Source: Haliotis cracherodii | Lineage: Eukaryota | Assembly (NCBI RefSeq): GCF_022045235.1 | Contig: NW_027266273.1 | Location: forward strand, 4,712,001-4,776,000 | DNA length: 64,000 bases | Reading direction: 5' to 3' | Shown here: piece after piece, positions 15,501 through 27,500 of the stretch | Layout of the letters: each line of letters opens with the position of its first letter | How positions within the stretch are numbered: position 1 is the stretch's first letter | The notes under the pieces: generated by a model | Told to the model about the DNA's origin: nothing | Database searches by the model: none | Seen by the model: the letters and a program-made list of their open reading frames with translations, nothing else | Made by a program: the position numbers and the translations under genes

Positions 15501-18500
15501 ACAAGCACAAGCACAAGATTTGTCATACATGCTTGATCATGGAGCATTAAACCTTTGCCTTATGTGTAAAGCCCATTCCTCCTCTAGTTTACTATCTAGT
15601 CCCTTGGGAATTCCAAGTCAGAATATGTCCCAGGCAACTGATGCTTGTCACACATGACTAAATGGATCAAGTGTCTATCTCATCCTATGGATTCAGGACA
15701 ATATGTAAACAATGTTTATTTTTATCATGTTAGAAATCATACAATTAAACTTCAAAATTATCCTGAACTGCAATAAATGAAAGTAACTTTGGTAATAAAA
15801 ATTGTATTGTCCTATATAGAAATGGCATAATTACTTTTATATTGAGGATCATCGTGGTGCACAGTATACAATTTTGTTGGTATTTCTAGGTTGATCCTGA
15901 TACAACAACACTGAAAGTTGAAAACCTCCTCGACAACGTTGGCTACTTCTTCCGTGTAATGGCTGAGAACGCCGTCGGAGTGGGTCAGCCTCTTGATAAT
16001 GAATCTCCCATCATTCCAAAGAGTCCATACGGTAAGGAATAAAAATATATTCATGAAGTTGTTTCTGTTATCGTTTTATTTTTGAATTCTCCAAGAAACG
16101 TCACTTAGATTTGTTAATATATGCATGTACGTTTTAATCTGAAATCAATGTTTTTGAAAATCAAACTTCATATTGATATCTGAGACCAAATATAACTTTT
16201 CTTGACTCCAATTTCATTTTTGTATTTCTTTCACTTTTAGGTCCACCAGGGCCCCCTACTGGACCAATCAAATCAATGCAGATGACCCGCGACTCTGCAA
16301 CCTTCCAGTGGGAACCTCCAAGTCAAGATGGTGGCTCAAAGATTACTGGCTACATCATAGAGAGGCGAGAAGAAGGCAAGAAGTCCTGGATGTATGTTGG
16401 CCGAAATGATGCCGACAATCTTTCCTTCTCGGCCACTGGACTGACCGAAAATATGGACTACTACTTCCGAGTGTACGCTGAGAACAAATATGGCCGCAGT
16501 GATGCTCTGCAGTCAGAAATTCCCATCATACCTAAGAGAGTATTTGGTAAGTACAAGATGTTGTTTTATTCATTTGAATTATTCTGTTTGAAATCATACA
16601 GTTTTAGGTGATGGTATTTTCATTTTTTAAAGTTTTTCATTTTTATAATATATATTTATTATATATTGTATTTTTTTTAAATGACCAAATTCATAAAGAA
16701 AATTATACATAAGTCATTCAGTTACAATGACTTAGCAGTACAGTGATATTTTCAGTTACAAATTGTAACGTTCATTCAGAAATGTTTTGTCTAGAAATTG
16801 TATGATTTCAACTTAAAAATACTTAAATGAGGCTTCTGTTTTGCCCACAAGTGAGTATTTATCACAGCTTATGTTAGTACTGGTTTGTTTTTGGAAACAC
16901 TATTATCTAGAAATTTATCTATTTTGTATCACAGATTCATTGAGTTTAACTTTTTAAAGTTCAATTTCTACCATAAGCTGTTGATGGATACGTCAAGTGG
17001 GATTGTCCACTGGTTTTGGGTTTGCAATGTGGGGGTTTGAACCTGTTTCCATGACGACTTCTCTGAGGCATGGTGAAGGGGCGTGGCACCATGTACGCAT
17101 ATGGCCAGACACGCCCCCCCTTTCTGTGTGACATGGTGTGGACAGTATATTCCTTAGCAGATGTACTTAGACCCATTAGCATTCAGCCCACAGTACAGTC
17201 TATAGGTAGTTATGTTATGTACATTCTTACATAGGCGATACTTTCTGATAAAAGTAAAAATATATTTTGAATTACAAACCACAGATATAAAAAAATAAAT
17301 GACATTTACAATTTTTAAGGGATTTGATAAAAGACATTTTATCATATTGTTTTATCAGTGAAGATTTTGATTGCTGAATTCAACATTTTCATTTAAAATC
17401 ATGATAAATATTCATGCATACATTCAGAGTATTTTTTCTGGGTTGGATGTCAAAGGTCAGTTTCAGTCTTGACCTGAATCAGTGAGTCTATCTGATATAT
17501 TCAACCCACAATCTGCAATATACCTTCACCCTAGACTTAATACAACTAGTATAAATACTATGGTTGAGTACATGGAATAGAGGTCCTGTTTTTTCTCCAT
17601 TTCAAGTCTAGTTCCAACAATAGATGCACGATTGATACAGTAGGTGTGTGATCCGTTTTTATGATTAGAGTTACCTCCCCTTCAAGTGAGTGTTGGCAAT
17701 TAAGAGTGACAAAGTCACATGTTGACTGGTGAATATAACTGAAAAACTGTTCATGCAATGCATGTATGACAGCATGAAATACTATTCCAACATAAAATAT
17801 TACCACATGGTAATATAATGATAGAGTTATCTCCCCTTCAAATGAGTGTCAAAAATTAATAGAGACAAAAATCACATGTGGACTGGTGAATATAACTGAA
17901 AAAATGTACATGTATTCACAGTTTTCATGTAAAGCTCGTAAGATAGCATGAGATATTATTCTAACATGAAATATTACCGCCTGGTAATATAATAATAGAG
18001 TTATCTCCCCTTCAAATGAGTGTCGAAAATTTATAGAGACAAAATTGCCGGTAAATATAACTAAAACACTATACATATGTTCACAGTTTTCATGTAAAGC
18101 ATGTTATGTGGTATGAAAGACTATCATAGTATTACCACCTGGTAATACAGTGGAGCCTCATTGTGTCGAGGGGTGGTCTGGCAGCCTAGTGGTTAAAGCG
18201 TTCGCTTGTCACGCGGAAGACCCGGGTTCGATTCCCAACATGGATACAATGTGTGAAGCCCATTTCTGGTATCCCCCACCGTGATATTGCTGGAATATTG
18301 CTCAAAGAAGCATAAAACCATACTCACTCACTCATTCGTGTCAAACTTTAAAGTGTCAAATTCCCTGTTGTTTCTGACTCATTTTGGAGTCCCAAGTATT
18401 TCAGTTAAGCATAAATTCCCCTGATGTCTCGAACCCTACATTACTCAGCCATTTTTCCAACTCCCCACAAGTTCTCCACAACGAGGTTTGACTGTTTAAT

Positions 18501-21500
18501 GATGGACACAAACACTTCACATCGTGGCTAAATAAAGGGGAGATAGCCTCAGTCTGACATCCAGCTTTATCTTAACCCTTAGTGCCTCTATATGTATGAT
18601 GTCCTTGCTTGTCTCACTTAACCTTCTTGCCTTGTGTTTGTGGTGCATGGTGCATGTGGAAATCTTGTAATAATTCTTTCATTATGTCATTTCTTTCAAC
18701 TTGTCAGTCTGTTTATGATATTACAGTCAAAATGTTTATTATCGAGACATTTTTCAAAACTTGTAACACGAGTAGAGCTCCATGTTGAGCCAATTTCATT
18801 GGTGTAATTGTTTTCAAATAAAGTAATGTTTCCCTGTTCTATCCTAAACAGACTGATTGTACTTTAACTTTTTAATCAGTAATTTGTTAACCAAGACTGC
18901 TGCTGCTCTGTGAAGCTGTTGAAGCATCTAACATTGAAATTATTGGTTCAGTTTTCGTTGATCTTCTGTATACTTACTTACCTTTCCTCTGGTGCTTCTT
19001 TGCAAAATTAACAAAAGCTTCCTATGAGATATGGTCTCAGAAGTTCAAACATTTTGAGGAGGAATAACACCATGATAATTGAAAGGATTATATGTAATTT
19101 ATTTCCTATAACTGTAAACAAGTAAGGATGCATTGGAAAAGATATTGTGAATGAATTGAAACCCAGAATTCTAGACTGCATATTTCTTGATTATTATTCG
19201 GAAAAATATATGATATCATGTTATCTATCTATAGCTGCTTTAACAATTGAAATTTGAATTTAATATATATTTTTTGGGGAAAACAAATTGACAGGTGTAT
19301 TCATGTAATTTTCAAAATTATGAATCCTTGACGCTTTCTCTGCATCCTTCTATGAGATTTATGAGATTAAAAAATATATTATCTTGATTATATATCAAAA
19401 TTTTCTATAAGACACATTGTGGTATCTACAATAATCTCTATACTCTGTGTTGGGCTTCCTTGATTAGCCTGTGTATTATTTCTCAATTCTATTGGGATGA
19501 ATATCCTGGACTCATTTGTTACTATAGCTTCGATTTGAGCCAGATTCAAATTAGGTGACAACTAAGATTGCCATCAAATCAAATAACTCTAAGACTGAGA
19601 GAATTTCTGTGCTAAGCTGGTCAAAGGCTAGATGAAGATAGTGACGTCTCTTTCTAATGAAGCTTCGATGGCAAATGGGTCCAGGGTATTTATTGTACAA
19701 AATGGAGATATAATACCCTGGATAGTAGAGGATGAGTGTTGGAAAGTCAATGGTTGACGTGTCAGCAGCTGTCTTGGTTAACTCTCTGTGACAACTCACA
19801 TTCTCAACGCTGCTGTTTCTCTGTTTCTCCAGAATACGCTGGGAATAGTTGGCTCCGCCAGGCAAACCTTCAACCATGTATTAATGTCTACATGATTCAG
19901 AATCTAACAAGATACGAGTATATCTATCGTGTATACGCTGACAACCCCCTAAGCTCTGTGTGGGATTCCATAGACTTGAGTTCTATTGCGGGACGATTTT
20001 AACAAATTGATTGTTATCCAACCACACATTATATTCTCCTAACAACTTATGGTGTGAAAGTTCGGAAATTTGATTTAATTTGACGCGTTCTCATTTCTCT
20101 TAACATATTAACCACTAATTTATTATTCATTGCTAAAAGCTTTCTGATTTAATTTTTAATGACTAACATTTGTACATTCTATGACTAATATCTGTACATT
20201 TATGTATGGTAACTTTGTTAACATTGTTAGTTTTCTTATTTCACTGATCTCTTTGTTGATATTGATATTAACATATTTCCTTGGCTGTGTCTGGAGCATA
20301 TTCACCTGATGGGCATTAATCATCAGAGATTGTGAGTTGTGTTCATTTTCTGCATTTGCGTACCATTATTATTGCTTCTTTCTGCGCTGAAGCTGTCATA
20401 TAGACGCATGCGAATATTTGGCTTTTCCAGCTTTTGAGGTATTAACAATGTACCAAAATTGCATAAATTTCAGGAAACATGTCATAATGTCAAAAGTAAA
20501 TATTGATGTTTGGGGTGTTTCATTTTGGCCTTTACTTAAACATAATTTGTTTCCTTTTCTGTTTGAAATTTATTAATGTGTCATTTTCGGTGACTGTAGT
20601 TATCTCCCCTGACTTGATATCTACAGTTGCAATTATATTGTTGGGCACATTTGTAGATGCCAAACAGCAAAGGAAATAGTTCTGTTTAAAAATGTTTATT
20701 GAAAATATAATGCGCTTTGCTTAAATCTGAAATATTTATCGATGGAAAACAAATCTCTAATGATTTCGGCCCTGACCCTTTCACTTGTATTATGCTCCAT
20801 ACACAGATGATTCTATGTGTTAAACTGTCATTTGTGAAGTCAAATATCTCCTCTTTAATTGCTATAGGTTTCCCTCGGTGAATAAATCTTTATAACTGTT
20901 GGCGATGTTATTTTGTTATCAATATTGTACCATGTTGTGTATATTAGTGTAGACTAGATGTAGTCAATGTTGTCTATAACAGCACTCACGTTGCATACAC
21001 AGACAATATGTTGTCGTATTACAGGATCAATGCTGAATGGCTCACGATGCATGGATAGGAAAGTTTTTGGATCAAGTGTTATAAAACAGTTACATGACAG
21101 CTATAATAAAGTGGTATTTTAGAAGCTGTAATGTCCATGAACACTAATGGATTCAACTTATTTATTAAGTTATTTGGAAGTTTTACACAAATGATTCATT
21201 CTTGGTTTCAACATCAGAAAGTCTGATGCTGATCTCAAAGAAATGTCATTAAAATCAGATCTTAGTTCACCCTACCACAAAACAAAGATTTGAGGACATT
21301 ACGGGTCATGTCATACGACCTTACATTCGCCCAATCAGGGCGTTGCTTACCAGATCAGGAAAGTGACATTCGGAGTGTATTTTCTCTTCATGTAACCTCG
21401 AAAATGTTAACACAGGGTTTTACGAACGACAGTTACAGGTTTTATGACCAAATCCATACAAGCTGGGCCATTTATTAACCATTCTAGAATGTTGTTTTGT

Positions 21501-24500
21501 TCAGTTTTCAAATTTTTAATGAAAAACTTTGACAAGATGTGTTTCGAAGGATAGTCACCAGTTTGAAACTAGTCCCGAAAGTAAGAAAGATTGCCTTCTG
21601 ATTGCCCAATATCGACTTCTGCTCGATCAAAGTTGCGTCAAAGTTGGTTGGTCACATTTCGTGAAAGTTCGGTCTGACGTGACCCACATTGGGCTGTCTT
21701 CAGATCTTTGTTAAGGTGTAGCAAGAACTAAGATTTGATTTTAATGAGATTGATCTCAAAGCATTGACTGAAGCTGTTAAATGATGTTGTAGAAGTTACT
21801 CCCTCTGAACGTCTGTTGTGATATCAATGATGTGAAGTGGTTCTAAAACAATACATCAAAATTAGATAGTTTCTGAAAAAGTTCTTCTACTGAATCTGTA
21901 GAATAAAAAGAAGTACAGTGAAGTCTTGTTAAATCAAACTCCTTGATCTCAAGATGATACGTCTCAGTAGAAAATCGTATTTCGAACTGTGAATATCTTT
22001 TCATTTTCTATGGTGATCAGGATATCTAGGTAACGCTACAGTTTTCGTTTAGTCAGTTATGTGAGTTTGTGACCCTTGATCTTCAGACTTTCCATGTATC
22101 TTGCATATAGCATACTAAGAGCATCTACACATGGCCACACTCACTTGACTCACATAAGCCACACTGACTCACAAATACATGTTTCCTGTGTATCACACCT
22201 CACAAGGCTCATCTATCAAGTTAGTTGCACTCAATGTTTTTACTCATTTGCAAATAATGAACATTCTAATCTGAAAATAACTCATATTACATCATGAATG
22301 ACTGAATTTAATTTAAAATTCGTTCATGAAACTTTCTCACTTATTTTTTTTGTCAACATTTTTTCTAACATTTTGTCATCTTCTGGTACTTAGATTACTG
22401 GAATTATGTGTTAATTTAAAAAAAGTTGACTAAAACAAGATTTTAAGAGTAAACTACTTGGAATAAAAGATTTCATGAAAAGATGCAAAGGAAAAGTATT
22501 CTTTGAAAGAAGTCTGATTTCATTATGGCCAGGGACTCCTTGGGGAAGAACCTTACTAATTCTTTTGAATGGGAATAAACATCATCCTCTGTGAGGATTT
22601 GTGGAATTACCGCTGCAAAATAGATCTTCAAGAACATTAGAACAGTCACAAGTTTGTCATGATAGTCTGCGACTAGCTGATGTTAAGCTGGTCTGTGTAG
22701 ACTTTGTTTCCGTGTAATATGTTTGTGTGTACTGTCCACCCTGTCATACTTGGCATCCAGAGTCCGTTCCGGGAATGTCGTCACTTTTACCAAAGTCAGG
22801 TAAACTTTGTGTACGTGTTTATTGTGTTTCTGTATGTGCAGTCACACCCCTAGCTGTCTCAGGGCCTATAGTCCTCAACAATTGTGCCAAAGTGACATTT
22901 GGCTTAGGGGTTTACCTCCAAAACCTGAAGGTTTAATAGGACTGTTTTATATGTTGTGTATGTTAAGTGTATGTACTGTATGTCATCTATATGAGCTGTC
23001 CATTGGATGTCATTTAGCTGTATGTCACTTGATATTACTGTCCGTCACTTGACATCAACTGTTGATGGGATGAACATCAGAAGTACGGCAGCAATTTCAT
23101 GGGTACATGTTTGCTTATTGTCAGTTGTACTTTAGCTGAATATCAAGAGTACATTGGCTGTACATCAACTATACACCGGTTTTATGTCAACTATACCGTA
23201 TTCGACATGATAAGCTCTCAGGGTGCTCTCAAAATTAGAAATAGGGTCTCTTATTAGAATAAAATTTTGGTGAAAAACAACAGAGTTGAAAGATCGTAAA
23301 TTTTGTGGTTTATGCTGACAGCCTGAAATGTCTGTCTGTGTGTATTATACATGAATGATATATTTTTCAAGAATTAAATTACCCATAATTAAGGGTGCAT
23401 ATAACACGCGAGTGTGTACTATACACGAATAAATAAGTCTTGTGTGTATTGATCAATCGGAAGGAATTGGAATTGTTCACTAGCCAATATATTAGCAAAT
23501 ATTGCCGTGGGCGCTTATTAGAGCGGGGCACTTATTACGTCGATAATGGTATATTGGCTATATATTGGATAAACATCAGCTGTACGTCAATACACAGTGC
23601 ACCTGCTGAACAGAAGCTTAACGCTGGCCATAGATTGGATATACATTAGCTGTATGTCAGCAATACATTGACAGAGTATCCGATGAACAGAGGCTTAACA
23701 TTGGCCATAGATTGGATATACATTAGCTGTATGTCAGCAATACATTGACAGAGTATCTGCTGAACAGAGGCTTAACATTGGCCATATATCGGTTATACAT
23801 CAGCTGTATGTCAGCAATACACAGTGCACCTGCTGAACAGAAGCTTAACATTGGCCATATATCGGATATACATCAGCTGTATGTCAGCAATACATTGACA
23901 GAGTATCTGATGAACAGAGGCTTAACATTGGTTATATGATGGTTGAACAGAGGTATACATTGGCTGTACATAAGGTCTACATCGACTGTACGTCTGCTGA
24001 ACTAGAAGCTTAACGCTGGCTACATGTAGCCTAAACATCAACTGGACATCGGCTACACACCAGAGCCCTGCACAAAACCTGCACAAAACAATCGTAGCTA
24101 TATCAGATTGCAATCCTAGGCTACGACTGCACACCATACACTTGCACAAAGCCATTGTAAGTTAAGATCATTTTCAGCTGCAATTGAAATTTACAATTGT
24201 TCTGGACTAAGATTATTGTAGTCCCTGAATTAACTTGAACAAAATGGCATACAAGATAGGGTCTGTTTCACAAGTAATCTTTACTTTCAAACATTACCAT
24301 TTCATTTTGTTTAAATGTGTGATTCGAACTGACACTTTAGCAGCATGAAGAACGCATTTCAGAAATATCATGTCAGAAATATCTTGAATCACAATAGTGA
24401 ACCACATATGAGCCGATAGCTAAAAGTACCATTACCACCAGACTCAAATGGTGAAAGAAGTGTTAAATAGTGGTAACCTTATCGATGACGAAGAGTTTAT

Positions 24501-27500
24501 TAAAACAGGTGAATTCATCTCGCATGAACTCAACTAAGCAAATATCTTAAAAGTCATGCTCCCTACCTATAAATGAAAGGAAATATAAAATTTAGAACAG
24601 TCATCAGAATGAATAAAGGTTGTGTACACCTGCATCACTTCGGGCTTTCCTCCCACATCAAGCTGACACACCATGATATGACTCGAATAATGTTAAAAGC
24701 AGCATTAAACCCAACTCACTCACTCACTATCAAATCATTAACACACAAAATGTAGATAACAGTACGAAATCAATGACTTTATTCAGTGCAATAATGCAAC
24801 CAAGCACCACCTATTCTATTATCAGCCAATCAGGAAATAGGTGTCCAACAGTGGGTGTGGCCTTTTGGTCATATTCTTTTCAGTTTCAGAAACCAAAGAA
24901 AAAATTGCTTGATTAGCCAAAAATAAAGCCATGGAATTTACAAAATAATAGCTAGACAGGTATCCCTGAATCTGTTTTCTGCACACCAACATGGAGGGCA
25001 AACGTGCCTCATCCTCCAGGTCTTGGGAGGTTCATAAAATCAGTGCCGACTCAGCATGTAAAGTTTGCAAATTATGACGATTTAGTAGTCTATATTCTTT
25101 GATAACTCACAGGTATTAATGTAAACAGAAATAAAGAAGTAAGTTGGTTAGCATAAACATAAATTATTATGAAGCATTCTTAGTTAAGTAAGGGTGGTGG
25201 ACTGGTCCAGTGGTTGAGGCATTGGCTTATCATGCCCAAGTCCGGGGTTTATTTCCTCACAGGGTGTGGAGCCCGTTCTTGGTGTCTCGCTTCTTTTAAA
25301 TGAATGGAATTATTGCTAAAAGCAGCATAAAACCACCCACCCACTCACTCACTCACTCACTCACTCACTCACTCACTCACTCACTCACTCAGTGAGAATA
25401 AAAGTTTATTGTTTATAAGCTTTAATTCATTATACTTTACAGAAAATGAATACATGAGTTGATACAGAGGAATTGATGTCTGCAGCAAAATATTACCCAA
25501 AGAAACTTTTCTCCCTGGTGAAAGGGAAGTAACTCTGAGTTGAACTCTGTTTGAGATAAGTGGGTGAAAGATGTTTGTTGCAAATATTGTCAATTATTGA
25601 CCGAGTTCAAGACATGTTTGGCTTTGCAATCAGTCTGATTAGCTGAACCAACCATTTGTTTGGCAAAAAAATTGGTGTTTGAATTATGCCATTGTAAGAG
25701 TGCAACGAAGGCGTTCTGTAACACTGACGAAAATTAATAATTTCTAAACAAGAACATCACTTTAAAGAAAAAATAAAATACAACATTTAGAAAGAGTTGG
25801 TCTTTTCACAAATTTCAAATAATTAATTGTATTTTTATGGATGATTTTATTATCACAAACAGTTACCTCTATTTAAGCTTGTGCTATAAAAAATATTTTT
25901 TGGTTCAGTTTGAGAATTTTGACAGTTAATAAGACCTAAAATATTTTTTACTTGAAAATATTCATCTTTATTTCAACGATTCATATCTCCAAAATGGCTG
26001 AAATATTAAGAGTGTACACTTGAAGTAACATAGTTGTACTTTCAAAGGAATGTTTACCTAACTGGAGTGGGGTTCGAAGTTGTTTGTCTACCTAAGACAT
26101 TTTCTCCTAAACATTATCACATCAACCCATTCTACTCCAGCGAGGTAATCCATTAACAAAACACTTTAAAAACAAGGGCCTGCTATTTGTCCAGTTTATA
26201 AACAGCAAATATTCCGGCAAGACTGAACTGTTTAATCACATGCTATGCGAACTTGTATTTAGCACGTGTTTACTCGGACCCAAATTCACATGATCAACAC
26301 TGTCTCCAGCCCCTTGAGCCATCGGCCTTCTTGTCTTGGGAATGGGGGGTATTTATAACCTACAGTTGGGAGGGACCTGACGTGCTACACGTTAATGTCC
26401 AACCAATGCAATACAAATCTCTAGGCTCTGTCATGGAATTTGAAAAAGCTGGTTATTTGGGCATGGATTGCTGAAGAAAACTTGTAAGGTTAAGTACACA
26501 TTTTCTTTATAATTTTTGGAGAAATTGGCAACGTTTAATATAGAAGTTTGTTCTTTACATATTTTTCTGCTTAGTTTTATTTTAGAATCTTAAATGAGTG
26601 AAGTGGGTGAAATGAAGAAGCTGTCTTTTATGTTTCTCTCAAAACACATGTATTTATTTCATGATATCACTAGTAAAACCTTCATTTCGGACTACATTCA
26701 ATTGACACTGTTATTGTGAATATAAGTGCTTAAAAACAGAATCCACATTAGTGTATTGCAATGAATTATGCAGAATATAGTCCTGTCCTTTATAATGATG
26801 CACCAACTCACCATGTGGCATTGGGTGTCCTAGTGGTGAAGGTGTTTGCGTATCACACCTAAATCCTGGGTTTGATTTCCTACATAGAAACAGGGTGCAA
26901 TGTCCGTTTGTGATATTCTAGGCCATGCTTTGTCTGGAATATTTCAAGGAGAGAATGTTGTACATCTGCATCTGTGCATGTGATTAGATAAATATGTACT
27001 AGAACTGATTTAGGACAGTTTCTTCATTGAGTTAGATCACAGCCGAAGGCTCTGCTGGAATAGGACTGGTGTTTGTCATTTGAGGCATGTGTGGTATAAT
27101 GATGGCCTGGTATGTACTTCAACCAATACACATTTACAACCGTGCTGCTCAAGCTGCAAGCTCCCCGAGACCGACACAAATGCCTAGGTCGTGGTTTTGA
27201 CTGGAAATGTTCAAACTGTTCACTAGACACACAGACACTATTAGTGGAACTCGGTAATTTTGTTGTGCTCCAAGACTGATGGAAGACCTTATCAGGATAA
27301 TAAGGATGGGTTGTGATAATGATAGTATTATCACTTGTCCTGTAGCTATAACTAACTCTATTGAGCTATCGGTTCATTGGGGATAACCTGCTCACATATT
27401 CAGTAAGGGGGACAAATGGAAGTGCTAGAGATGGAGAAATGGATATTTGCCCACAAATCACACAAGATGAAAAACAAACAAACAACAGTTTTTCCAACCT

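Noticed and set aside
23440-23939. ORFs of 69 and 64 aa with repeated peptides
   Set aside because: They lie in a MITE end and a 73-77-bp minisatellite.
26340-26495. TATA/MEF2-like GGGTATTTATAACC followed by two GT donors
   Set aside because: Both downstream ATGs stop before the donors and the MEF2 match is imperfect; at best a non-coding exon that sequence alone cannot support.
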